Of a stretch of DNA of 64,000 nucleotides, positions 8,879 through 18,173 are shown one piece after another. How positions within the stretch are numbered: position 1 is the stretch's first letter; every line of letters begins with the position of its first letter. Both the position numbers and the translations under genes were made by a program. A model generated the notes under the pieces. The model was not told the DNA's origin, searched no databases, and worked only from the letters and a program-made list of their open reading frames with translations. Source of the stretch: a virus (lineage: Duplodnaviria; Heunggongvirae; Uroviricota; Caudoviricetes); the IMG/VR virus record IMGVR_UViG_3300021255_002784, positions 88,416 to 152,415 of that record. One strand, written 5' to 3'.

Positions 8879-9079
8879 ATGACATGTAAAGAACTTGCAG
8901 AGATTCTTTTGAAGACTCCAGATAGACCAGTAATGATTGCAAAAGCGGAAGTAGAGGGAGACCTGGATGGGGTATGGATGGAGAGTCATCTGGCATATCT
9001 TAACAAGCAGTATATTAAAACAGTAACGCTAAAAGACGGAACAGAGGCAATAGTACTCGATGATGACCCGTGGTCATAA
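8879..9079 (+). CDS. Hypothetical protein
   Basis: MTCKELAEILL start; ATGA-coupled to an upstream small ORF (8763-8882). Confidence 0.55.
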   Translation: MTCKELAEILLKTPDRPVMIAKAEVEGDLDGVWMESHLAYLNKQYIKTVTLKDGTEAIVLDDDPWS

Positions 9080-9126
9080 TGCATGTATCAAGAAAGCACT
9101 TGAAATAATTTTAGTGAAAGAAGAAT

Positions 9127-9420
9127 ATGAGCGATTACACACCCAGCTACAGCTTGTATCTTTACAAAGCTGGAGGACTAAGTCTATATGACGGACACCC
9201 AAGAAAAAAGTTCAAGACGATCGATGAAGCAATCAGTTATGTACAAAGACGGATCGCCAAACTGAAGCATATTTCCAAACCGGAGTTTTACGAGTTCTAT
9301 CGCAAACAGCAGATCCTGGTAGTAGAGTACACCGATGCCTGGACGTCGCGAATCCGAGGTATCTTGACAGATGAAGGTAAGTGCTATACCAGGATTCCAT
9401 CCCTAAGCAACTCTGAATAG
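9127..9420 (+). CDS. Hypothetical protein
   Basis: ORF in small-gene array. Confidence 0.5.
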   Translation: MSDYTPSYSLYLYKAGGLSLYDGHPRKKFKTIDEAISYVQRRIAKLKHISKPEFYEFYRKQQILVVEYTDAWTSRIRGILTDEGKCYTRIPSLSNSE

Positions 9421-9573
9421 GAAAGAATTATGAAAACTATTAAATTCACTGATGGTGAAATTGAAATGTTAAAAGATATGCTCAATTCATATATTTCGTA
9501 TATGAAAGTATCTGGTACAAGTACGAAGATCGCGACTATTAAGAACACCCACCAAAATTTTATTTAGTGCAAT

Positions 9574-9777
9574 ATGGAAAAAGAAAATTTATTTGCATTA
9601 GAAGAGCCGCAAGTATATCTTATACGACGTCCCTACGATCTTGCCGACCCAAACCCACACATTTATAGTGATTACGGAGGTAAGGGTCATTCGACAAAAC
9701 ACGGTGCACATAATTCGAATGCACACACGAAAAAACGCAAAGCAAAACGTAGGTTAAACAAAACACATAACAAATAA
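9574..9777 (+). CDS. Hypothetical protein, basic C-terminus
   Basis: ORF in small-gene array. Confidence 0.5.
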   Translation: MEKENLFALEEPQVYLIRRPYDLADPNPHIYSDYGGKGHSTKHGAHNSNAHTKKRKAKRRLNKTHNK

Positions 9778-9947
9778 GATATGGAAAAACTCAAATCACT
9801 AACAGTACAACAACTGTACGACTACGCTCGCGAACACAACATGGAGCATGCAAGGCTCATGTTCAATGATGGGTGCAACTACGACGTTGTAGAAGCAAAA
9901 ATCAGTTCGTCTATTCTTTATCCTGATCAACAATTCATTGTACTGTC

Positions 9948-10454
9948 ATGAAAATCACCGAAATGATGTATGGCGACCTAGCCGTATACAAAGATAAAGT
10001 CATTGTAGTAGATGCAGTTCATAAACGCAAGATAGGTTTTCACGAACGTCCGGATATAATGAAATGGGTGCACTATAGTGAACTAAAATCTATTCCTATC
10101 ACAGAGAACCTCCTTCAACGCATTGGATTCGTAGATGTTTCTTCCACGATGCCCGGTACTCAAAAAGTATTCGTGATTCAGAAAAACAAACAACACTGGT
10201 TCATGCTGACGCCGACTCAACAAGAAGGCATATGGCACATACGCATCCAAGGCCCTAAAGCGAATATGGATGGTGTTGCTACATTTATTCATGAAGTTCA
10301 GAACTATATGACAGTCACTGGTCTGATAACAGTCAAAGAAAAACCTAAGGTAATCCAGTTGAAGTTTCCTGTCCTGAGCTGCAATGAAGATAGTAGTAAG
10401 CCTACACCAGAGGTTCAAGAACAGATTATCATACCTTTATATCCAAAACAGTAA
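9948..10454 (+). CDS. Hypothetical protein
   Basis: LKSIPITENLLQRIGF motif, seen in many phage small proteins. Confidence 0.55.
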   Translation: MKITEMMYGDLAVYKDKVIVVDAVHKRKIGFHERPDIMKWVHYSELKSIPITENLLQRIGFVDVSSTMPGTQKVFVIQKNKQHWFMLTPTQQEGIWHIRIQGPKANMDGVATFIHEVQNYMTVTGLITVKEKPKVIQLKFPVLSCNEDSSKPTPEVQEQIIIPLYPKQ

Positions 10455-10455
10455 T

Positions 10456-10704
10456 ATGTATCATATCATTATTAAAGTCACCAACATCACCACCAAAGAG
10501 GTGCTGTACGAAGGCGTCAAGAAAGAGTATGAATCTTATTGGCAGGCGGCACGCGTCTTAAAACAAGCAACGATGCATTCTGATTGCACCTCATACCGTG
10601 TGCCTGACAGATACGTCGAGAGCATCCACGCATATGCATCTTGGCATTATTATGGAAGCAGTATTCGTTCCACATTATATATAAAAAGAGTGGAGGCAGA
10701 CTGA
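10456..10704 (+). CDS. Hypothetical protein
   Basis: Coupled ORF; start inferred at MYHIII. Confidence 0.5.
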   Translation: MYHIIIKVTNITTKEVLYEGVKKEYESYWQAARVLKQATMHSDCTSYRVPDRYVESIHAYASWHYYGSSIRSTLYIKRVEAD

Positions 10705-10729
10705 CAAAATCTAAAAAACTTTAGAATTT

Positions 10730-10764
10730 CACTAAATATTTCCTCTCTTTTCAGATATATATAC
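10730..10764 (+). promoter_or_regulatory. Putative phage promoter CACTAAA-N18-ATATATATAC
   Basis: Identical boxes and spacing to 8435. Confidence 0.6.
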
Positions 10765-10782
10765 ATAAAAAGAAATAAGAAT

Positions 10783-10992
10783 ATGAGATACATCATTAGA
10801 ATCACAGCCCAGAGAGGAGAAGCTTTAGAAGGTTGGTTGCATTTTGATTGGAGTCGCGGACGTAAGTGTCCTGAGTGGTGGGGAGTGTCTGCAGAGAACG
10901 AGGCTCGTTTGATGACAGAGAGGCAGATGAAGATCCTTAGTGAGATGCTTCAAAATAACGATTATGAATTTCAGGTGATTCTAGTACAATGA
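10783..10992 (+). CDS. Hypothetical protein
   Basis: ORF following the promoter motif. Confidence 0.5.
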   Translation: MRYIIRITAQRGEALEGWLHFDWSRGRKCPEWWGVSAENEARLMTERQMKILSEMLQNNDYEFQVILVQ

Positions 10993-11270
10993 GATTTGTG
11001 CAATTAGACAAGCTGGAAAACTATCTGTTTTCCAAAGGGTTCCACAAGACGAACAAGACGTTCGATTATCCTTCACCAGTATGGCAGCAAACGCTGTTCT
11101 ATGTGAATAACGACAAAAGAAAAATTTGTGTGACCGTATTCTGCGAACTCCATAAGATACCACTGGTACCTGGTAACAATGTGGTAAGCATATTAGACGA
11201 CGGGTTACGTGTTACTATTGACTTCAGAAAGAAGTTTTGGAAAGAACTTTCTATTGACCAAAAACATTAA
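10989..11270 (+). CDS. Hypothetical protein
   Basis: ATGA-coupled ORF. Confidence 0.5.
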   Translation: MRFVQLDKLENYLFSKGFHKTNKTFDYPSPVWQQTLFYVNNDKRKICVTVFCELHKIPLVPGNNVVSILDDGLRVTIDFRKKFWKELSIDQKH

Positions 11271-11506
11271 CATTTTATGGAAGAGAAAATTATTGCCTGG
11301 ATAGCAAGAGATGAAGATGGAGAACTCCATATTTATACTACAGAACCATGGAAACTTGGCGGACAATGGGTAACCGATGATGATGGGGGTGATAAAAATA
11401 AATTTCCTCAAGTCAAATGGGATGATAAAGACCCCACCAAAGTAGAATTGACGATTAAAATATGTAAATGATTTGATCAAAAACATTAACATTTTATGGA
11501 AGACAA
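11254..11506 (+). repeat. 34-bp direct repeat pair (11254-11287, 11473-11506) flanking one small gene
   Basis: TTGA(C/T)CAAAAACATTAACATTTTATGGAAGA(G/C)AA; 2 mismatches; each copy contains a start codon. Confidence 0.9.
11277..11471 (+). CDS. Hypothetical protein
   Basis: WIARDEDGELHIY..EP...FPQVKWDDKDPTKVEL; recurrent Bacteroidota-phage small-protein pattern. Confidence 0.6.
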   Translation: MEEKIIAWIARDEDGELHIYTTEPWKLGGQWVTDDDGGDKNKFPQVKWDDKDPTKVELTIKICK

Positions 11507-11675
11507 TTTTGAACAATTGAGTGAGGACGAGTTCCAGGATTACCGAATAGCGTTTCTCGTCATTAAATCACTCGAGAAGAGCGACAAAATCAGCCCCGAA
11601 ACCAGGGCTCACTTTACCATTGTTCGCAACTATCTGGCGAACGTGATCGCACAATACTCAGTCGACAATCTATAA
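11496..11675 (+). CDS. Hypothetical protein (59 aa)
   Basis: Starts inside the second repeat copy; my translation begins MEDNFEQLSEDEF. Confidence 0.45.
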   Translation: MEDNFEQLSEDEFQDYRIAFLVIKSLEKSDKISPETRAHFTIVRNYLANVIAQYSVDNL

Positions 11676-11687
11676 CTCTATAACTAT

Positions 11688-12020
11688 ATGTTAGACAAAT
11701 TCATCGGAGGTCTTAAAATCCTCCAAAAACATGTTAAGAATGAGAAATGGGCTGATGTTCATGGTGAACACGACATGGTCGTGGTGACCCATATCAAAGT
11801 AGCATCCTGTACTGCTGAAGAGATCCGTCAACTGAACTTCCTTGGATTCGTTCCTGGATTGGATGGCGACATGCTTGAAGACGACATCCACCAAGCTCTC
11901 GAAGAGGCTGGTATGCCTATCGAAGAAGGTCAGGATTTTGAGTGGGACGACCTCACCGATGCTCAATGGGCGGTCCTGAAAGATTACTATAACAATGACT
12001 GCTTCACGTACTACTCCTAA
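11688..12020 (+). CDS. Hypothetical acidic protein
   Basis: ORF in small-gene array. Confidence 0.55.
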   Translation: MLDKFIGGLKILQKHVKNEKWADVHGEHDMVVVTHIKVASCTAEEIRQLNFLGFVPGLDGDMLEDDIHQALEEAGMPIEEGQDFEWDDLTDAQWAVLKDYYNNDCFTYYS

Positions 12021-12222
12021 GTTATTGTAAACTGTTCGGATAATATGAATGAAAGGAAATTTTTAGTCCACTACAAATATGATGGTATGGAATATGCTCT
12101 GGTTTTCAACACTACAGGAAAAGTGAATGTAGAAACCTTCAGACGGCTCGTCAGATATTGGCATGGTGATAGAGATAAAAACTTACAAACAATTATATAT
12201 AGTTGGTCTTTAATTGAGTAAT

Positions 12223-12606
12223 ATGCAAAACAATTTAAGAATACTAGATCTGTCGCTGACCTATCATTGGTACGACATGATTGCTTCCGGAGTCAAGAAA
12301 GAAGAGTACCGGGAACTGAAGGAGTTTTACTTCAAACGCTTGAACTCGGATTGGCACCTACATCTTGAGAAAACCTGTTGTAAAGACTGTCAGGCATTCA
12401 CATACGACCGAGCATGCTGCGTAGGATGCAAGGAGTTCAATCCATATCCATATGACGCTGTTCGATTCCATAGAGGTCAGGGTGGTAAGACGTCCATGTT
12501 GGTCGAGTGTAAAGGAACCCGCATCGACTACGGTGAACCTGAATGGGGTGCACCTGTAGACAAACCGGTATTTATCATTAGCCTGGGAAACATCATTCAT
12601 GATTGA
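12223..12606 (+). CDS. ASCH (PUA-like) domain protein with Cys-rich insert
   Basis: LSLTYHWYDMIASGVKKEEYRE (GxKxxExR)...YDAVRFHRG...GEPEWGA. Confidence 0.75.
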   Translation: MQNNLRILDLSLTYHWYDMIASGVKKEEYRELKEFYFKRLNSDWHLHLEKTCCKDCQAFTYDRACCVGCKEFNPYPYDAVRFHRGQGGKTSMLVECKGTRIDYGEPEWGAPVDKPVFIISLGNIIHD

Positions 12607-12691
12607 GTTCATCATTTGCAAGTGAATAGTATTATTATTTATATTGATACTATCCGAAATATGAGGAGTAAAGACATTGCTCCAACACTAT

Positions 12692-12720
12692 AAAAATGAG
12701 GGATCAACCCTCATTTTTTT
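12692..12720 (+). terminator. Intrinsic terminator
   Basis: AAAAATGAGGG-ATCAA-CCCTCATTTTTTT. Confidence 0.75.
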
Positions 12721-12781
12721 ATGGACATTCACTAAATATATCGTTATCATTTCATATATATAAACAACAAAAGAAAATACT

Positions 12782-12940
12782 ATGGTAAAGTCAATAGAAA
12801 TAGAAGCGCTAAAGGCAGCACGACGCAATTCGAGAGAGGAGGAGATTCGTCTTTACGGCAAACCTATCTGTTGGTCGAACATAGTACGTAATAGAAAAGC
12901 ATACAATCGCAAACATAAACACAAACAACAATATGAATGA
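12782..12940 (+). CDS. Small basic hypothetical protein (Bacteroidota-type)
   Basis: ALKAARRNSREEEIRLYGK...RKAYNRKHK; not in the ORF track (52 aa). Confidence 0.55.
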   Translation: MVKSIEIEALKAARRNSREEEIRLYGKPICWSNIVRNRKAYNRKHKHKQQYE

Positions 12941-13139
12941 AAACAGTAAAGGTATGGGAGGACTATTTCTCATTATTCTATTCGCGGTGTGCGTAGTACT
13001 GAAGATGACCGGTGCAGTATCTTGGTCCTGGTTGTGGGTGACTGCTCCTCTTTGGATGCCATTCGCTATCTATGCTGGGTGTGTAGTACTGCTCCTCGGG
13101 TGGTCATTGCTCTTAATTCTTTTGAGCCTGTTCCTCTAA
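12933..13139 (+). CDS. Small membrane protein
   Basis: VLKMTGAVSWSWLWVTAPLW, a common phage two-TM motif. Confidence 0.65.
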   Translation: MNENSKGMGGLFLIILFAVCVVLKMTGAVSWSWLWVTAPLWMPFAIYAGCVVLLLGWSLLLILLSLFL

Positions 13140-13250
13140 AGAATCAGAGAGCACTCTATATATTAAATAGAGAGTCGGTTCCTCATTAGACTATAAAGAA
13201 CGAGGTGGTGGGAGATTTTATTATCAATCTTCAAAACAAATCAAACATTT

Positions 13251-14654
13251 ATGAGTAAGATTTTTTCACAATCTGTAAACATCAGCAAAGAGTACACTTG
13301 CTCGATCGTCAAAATAGGAGTGGTGACTCCTGTGGAGGGTTCCGATTTCCTCTCCAAGACTGAGATCCGTCCTAATACACCAATCGTTGTAAGACGAGAT
13401 GAGGTGAAAGAGGGTGACATCATGTTCTACGTGGACTTGGAGTGTCAGCTGAACGATCGCTTCCTGGCTGTAAACAATATGTACGAGGATGCCAAACTGA
13501 ACGACAATAAATCGGACAAAGGTTACTTTGGTAGCAATGGACGTGTTCGCATGAAACGTATGCGTGGTCAAGAGTCATTAGGATTCTTGTTCAGTCAGGC
13601 AACTATGGCAAAGTTCTGTCCAGAGGTAGCTGGCCTCGACTTGAGCACCATGGTAGGAGAAGAGTTCGATACTGTGGATGGTAAGTTGTTTGTACAAGCC
13701 TATGTCCCAGTCAAGAAAGTAGAGCGCACCGGGGGATTACACGAAGGTAAGCGCAACCGCAAAATCAAACGGTTCGACCGAATGATTCCAGGTCAGTTCT
13801 CATTCCACTACGATACCGACATGCTGGAGAAGAACCTGAATCGCATCCACCCAGAAGACGTTGTGACCTTGTCTGTCAAGTTGCACGGCACGTCAGCAAT
13901 CTTCGGGAACGTTCGTGTCAATCGCAAGTTGAGTGTCTGGGAGAAGATCAAGAAATTCTTCGGCGCCGATGTACCTCTTACTGAGTGGGGTAACATCTAT
14001 TCCTCGCGTTCTGTGATCAAGAATCAATACATCAACGAAGGTGTTACTGAAGGATTCTACGGTACCGATCTGTGGGGTGTCTGGAACAATCTCATTAGCA
14101 GGTACATTCCTCGAGGATGGACTATCTACGGAGAGATTGTAGGATTTGTAGGACCCGGATCCTATATTCAAAAAGATTTCGATTACGGATGCCGCAATGG
14201 TGAGTCCAAATTGATGATCTACCGCATCTCTCAAGAGACCGAAGACGGCCACAGGGTTGAGTGGAACGTAACTGATGTTCGTGACTGGACCATGAAACTT
14301 ATCCGTGACTTGGAAAAGATCGGAGAGAACAAGCTCGCCGGGATGATCCACCCAATTGACATTGTGTACCACGGCACCCTTCGCGATTTGTATCCCGAGA
14401 TCGCAGAAGACGAGAACTGGTCAGCGAATGTTGTTCGCACATTGGCAAACGAGAAGAAGTTCTGTATGGAAGAGGAAGAACCTCTGTGCAAGAACCACGT
14501 ACCTCGTGAAGGTCTGGTACTTCGTAAGGATGACGATCCTGTTAAGGAAGCCTTCAAGTTGAAAACCATGAAGTTCCGCAACAAAGAGGCAAAAGCAATC
14601 GATAATGGCGAGTCTGACATCGAGATGCAAGAGCGTTATGATAATGAGGAGTAA
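13251..14654 (+). CDS. ATP-dependent RNA ligase (Rnl2/DRB0094-like) with N-terminal OB-like domain
   Basis: Motif I KLHGTS, III IYGEIVG, IV EGLVLR, V FKLK. Confidence 0.8.
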   Translation: MSKIFSQSVNISKEYTCSIVKIGVVTPVEGSDFLSKTEIRPNTPIVVRRDEVKEGDIMFYVDLECQLNDRFLAVNNMYEDAKLNDNKSDKGYFGSNGRVRMKRMRGQESLGFLFSQATMAKFCPEVAGLDLSTMVGEEFDTVDGKLFVQAYVPVKKVERTGGLHEGKRNRKIKRFDRMIPGQFSFHYDTDMLEKNLNRIHPEDVVTLSVKLHGTSAIFGNVRVNRKLSVWEKIKKFFGADVPLTEWGNIYSSRSVIKNQYINEGVTEGFYGTDLWGVWNNLISRYIPRGWTIYGEIVGFVGPGSYIQKDFDYGCRNGESKLMIYRISQETEDGHRVEWNVTDVRDWTMKLIRDLEKIGENKLAGMIHPIDIVYHGTLRDLYPEIAEDENWSANVVRTLANEKKFCMEEEEPLCKNHVPREGLVLRKDDDPVKEAFKLKTMKFRNKEAKAIDNGESDIEMQERYDNEE

Positions 14655-14688
14655 TTCCTCGATTCATAATTATTAAAAAAGATCGAAT

Positions 14689-15393
14689 ATGCTGAGAATA
14701 GTAGCAATGAGTGATATGCACGGTGAGCTTCCTGTTGAGGTTCAGGAGTGTGATGTAGTTGTGATTGCTGGTGACATCATGCCACTGGACATCCAACGGA
14801 ACATTCCCACTTCAATCAAGTGGTTCAAAGAAGCCTTCATTAAGTGGGCAAACAGTCTACCTTGTCAGAAAGTGATTCTGGTGGCTGGTAATCATGACTT
14901 CTGGATGGAGACTGAAGTGTGGCAGGAAAATTGTCCTCTCGCTCTGACGGTTGAATGCGCCTTATTGAGTCCTAACGGATATGGAAAGATAGTCTACTTA
15001 CGAGACTCTGGTTATGAGTTCAACGGCTACAAGTTCTGGGGTTCTCCTTGGGTTGATGGACTGTCTGGTTGGGCTTTCAACGCTGATGAGCAGGCTACGT
15101 ACTTCGATAAGATTCCTCGCGACACCGATGTGCTCATCACTCACGCACCGGCTTACGGGGATGTCGGTACTGTTCTACAAAAGTGCCGGAACTATAACAA
15201 CAACTACGGCAGTATTGCTCTTCGTAATGTACTGGAGGATCCTGATTGCAAAATCAAACTATCGTTTGCAGGACACATTCATTCAGGTCTCCATGCTGGT
15301 GAGAAGATCGGCAATACTATGTGCTACAACGTGTCCATCAAAGACGAGAACTACAGATACGTGTACGAGCCATTCTATATAGAACTTGAATAA
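14689..15393 (+). CDS. Calcineurin-like metallophosphoesterase
   Basis: SDMHG, AGDI, AGNHD, ITHAP, GHIH. Confidence 0.9.
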   Translation: MLRIVAMSDMHGELPVEVQECDVVVIAGDIMPLDIQRNIPTSIKWFKEAFIKWANSLPCQKVILVAGNHDFWMETEVWQENCPLALTVECALLSPNGYGKIVYLRDSGYEFNGYKFWGSPWVDGLSGWAFNADEQATYFDKIPRDTDVLITHAPAYGDVGTVLQKCRNYNNNYGSIALRNVLEDPDCKIKLSFAGHIHSGLHAGEKIGNTMCYNVSIKDENYRYVYEPFYIELE

Positions 15394-15408
15394 ACGCGTC
15401 ATATTTGC

Positions 15409-15473
15409 GATATAACAAAAGATCTCCATTTAGGTTTAGAACTATTCACCCGAATGGAGATCTTTGTTTATAT
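15409..15473. repeat. AGATCT-core inverted-repeat element, inverted copy (convergent junction)
   Basis: TATAACAAAAGATCTCCATT...AATGGAGATCTTTGTTTATA. Confidence 0.8.
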
Positions 15474-15481
15474 TTGAATTA

Positions 15482-18163
15482 TTAGTCTTCTCTGATTTCG
15501 TCTGTCTGAATAAAGGCGCTTTTCAACATCACCTCATGGATGGTTTCATCCCCATCGGGGCGATCAACTAGTTTGTATCGGAATATCACATCGTAGTATC
15601 CTGTATCGAGAGGTTTTCTCTTATCGGTGTAGGCTACGATAGGTTCTTTGATTGAATTCAATTCTATATCTTCCAAACGACTGGCATTATGGAATATCCA
15701 TTCATAGGACGAAATGCGTTCCAAGAAATTGATATCGGGCACCACGCATATAGTTTCATCTCGAGCTATTTTGAAGTCGTCCAGTGTATTGGGCGATATC
15801 GGTTCCAGATAATGGAATTGAGGAATGAACACCTGATCGTTTCGAATAATAACCGGTTGAGATTTGACTGGGTTCAATTGATTGATCAAGACAATATATT
15901 CAGGATCCAAAACAAAATCATACGATTTGCTTATAAACACATAATACTTGACATCATCAGTTAAGCTTACACCGTTTTTGGCGTCGATTCTATTGTTTAA
16001 TGTAAAATATTTTCTAGGAAACTCATAATAATTATATCTCAGATAATCACATACTTCATATCCGCCATGTTCGGACAAATACTCCATAAAATCTACCAGC
16101 TGATCGCCAATTTGTACCTTCCCCACTAATACCAATACATTATTCAAACGAGCACCGTGTCCTTTTATGTACGAAGGAACGAATTGTGTGTAGTATGCTT
16201 GAATATTTTCAGGATCAAACTTCTTGATGTCTATGAGAGTATGTGTGAATATGTGATTACCAGCTTCACGTTTTCTCCAATTCTGTACATTCTCGAATGT
16301 TTGTCCTTCCGGAATAGCTTTCAATCTATATACGGTAAGTCCTACACGACGAGTGTCAATCACTTCAAAGGTCACTTTCTTAAAATAGGTCTGACTATCT
16401 GCTCCTACAAATTGAACAAGAATATCATATTTGTGATCTTTGGTGAATAATAGATTGAACTTGATATGTATGTGTTTTGGTCCATCAGGATCAGCGGGAT
16501 CATCCGATTCAACAGCAAACACCTTACTGAAGGTTCTAGTGATCCATTTATCTTCATCATTATCCTTAATAGATATGATGGATTTATGAATGAAGTCTCC
16601 TTCGTTGGCTGCAATAACAAATTCGAAAGGAACGATCACACCAGGACCCTCATAATAGTTGACCATGAAGTTTTTGAGTACATCCTCATCGTCACCAAAG
16701 GCATCTGATTTTGGATTAACTTCATCTACTCCGAAGGTCTGATGAATATCGTAATCATATATTTCTTGTTCAGTCGCCGGATCGATAGTACGACAATCCG
16801 TCCATGGTGTATAGAACACCGTCTCCTTGTTGACATTAGCAGTCACATCACCCAATAGGAAAGTCTGTCCGTTTTTGATATTACAATCAATGTCGCTCAG
16901 CGATTCAAAATGATCTGTACGGGACATGTATCCCAGCGGGATAACCTTGATAGCATTGGTATACACCAAGTCTTCGATAGTGGCGTGTATAAGATCCAGA
17001 TGAATCGGCATGAAATACGTTTCGTAGAAGTTGCCCAACAAGGCCATCTTAATAGACAACTCTGTTCTGCTCCACATATAGGCCACATTCTCCAAAGCAG
17101 GTACGGGTTCGGCTAACAGACGTTCTTGCGTACTGTAGTACTCTGAATAACGACGCCAGTTAGCACCAGCCATATCTGTATGCTCATCTGGATGATCAGT
17201 AACGTATGCTGTACCTACTCCTACTTGAGAAAGAGTATCTTTATCGGTGCCCTGTGAAGACACCAGGCCTTGTGGTAGGCTTTTATCCAGTGTTGCATTG
17301 TATATCATATCGTACTTTGCGTACTCTGGATATATCTCTTTATCGTACTGGATACTCCCATCCCCATCCTTACTGTGGACTTCTTGTTGCATAGCCAGAT
17401 AGATACCGATGTAAGTTGTCTTGACAAAATTGGTGAGCATGTGTTTAGCTCGGTTCGTAAGTATCTGTGTGAACTCTTGATCGTTGTATATGATGCGCTC
17501 CCATTCCTTGTGTTTCCAGAACTCTTTGATGGTAAGCAGATCGCCGTACTCAAACCAGTGAAGTGAGTTGATAAGTGATGAATAGGACCCTTTATTACCC
17601 AGTACATCTATGTAGTCCATCAACAACTCTTTATACTTGCGATTGAGTAAGATATTGTCTTTGGCTTCTTCGTGTACGTTGGATGGATATATAGCACGTT
17701 GAACGGACTCAGGCAATTCTATACCGAAGTTGCCGAGGTTGATTTTAAGCTCTTCGCGTTCCTCATAGAAGTCTGCACCGACTATAAATGTTTCATCGTT
17801 AATAGTGAACTCTTGGCGTGCCTCTATAGCCGTATCACTAGACCCTACCACATATATCATATATATATAGTAGTTGTCGTACTGCACACCTTCGATATTC
17901 AGTTCGTTGCAGTACATGGTGGCCAAATCCTGATACTTAATCTGATTCATTTCGATAGTGTTCCCATCGCATATCTTGCTGACGTCCAACAGACGAAATA
18001 CGGGGTTGTCTGGCATAGATACGTGCAGGAACTCAGAATCACTCATCACGCAGAGTCTTTTGACATATATCAAATCAATACTTTGTTGGTCGTCAAACCA
18101 GTGTACATAAGGTGCATCCCCGTTGTACACTCGGCCATTATCTATGTTGATAAATCTAATCAT
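15482..18163 (-). CDS. Large structural protein, probable baseplate wedge component
   Basis: NKGSYSSLINSLHWFEYG resembles the KGT...F motif of wedge/gpI-like domains; co-transcribed with gp6/gp25-like genes. Confidence 0.4.
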   Translation of the reverse strand: MIRFINIDNGRVYNGDAPYVHWFDDQQSIDLIYVKRLCVMSDSEFLHVSMPDNPVFRLLDVSKICDGNTIEMNQIKYQDLATMYCNELNIEGVQYDNYYIYMIYVVGSSDTAIEARQEFTINDETFIVGADFYEEREELKINLGNFGIELPESVQRAIYPSNVHEEAKDNILLNRKYKELLMDYIDVLGNKGSYSSLINSLHWFEYGDLLTIKEFWKHKEWERIIYNDQEFTQILTNRAKHMLTNFVKTTYIGIYLAMQQEVHSKDGDGSIQYDKEIYPEYAKYDMIYNATLDKSLPQGLVSSQGTDKDTLSQVGVGTAYVTDHPDEHTDMAGANWRRYSEYYSTQERLLAEPVPALENVAYMWSRTELSIKMALLGNFYETYFMPIHLDLIHATIEDLVYTNAIKVIPLGYMSRTDHFESLSDIDCNIKNGQTFLLGDVTANVNKETVFYTPWTDCRTIDPATEQEIYDYDIHQTFGVDEVNPKSDAFGDDEDVLKNFMVNYYEGPGVIVPFEFVIAANEGDFIHKSIISIKDNDEDKWITRTFSKVFAVESDDPADPDGPKHIHIKFNLLFTKDHKYDILVQFVGADSQTYFKKVTFEVIDTRRVGLTVYRLKAIPEGQTFENVQNWRKREAGNHIFTHTLIDIKKFDPENIQAYYTQFVPSYIKGHGARLNNVLVLVGKVQIGDQLVDFMEYLSEHGGYEVCDYLRYNYYEFPRKYFTLNNRIDAKNGVSLTDDVKYYVFISKSYDFVLDPEYIVLINQLNPVKSQPVIIRNDQVFIPQFHYLEPISPNTLDDFKIARDETICVVPDINFLERISSYEWIFHNASRLEDIELNSIKEPIVAYTDKRKPLDTGYYDVIFRYKLVDRPDGDETIHEVMLKSAFIQTDEIRED

Positions 18164-18173
18164 GTGCTATATA

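Noticed and set aside
11254-11506. Mini-CRISPR array
   Set aside because: Only two copies, non-palindromic, separated by a 185-bp coding gene.
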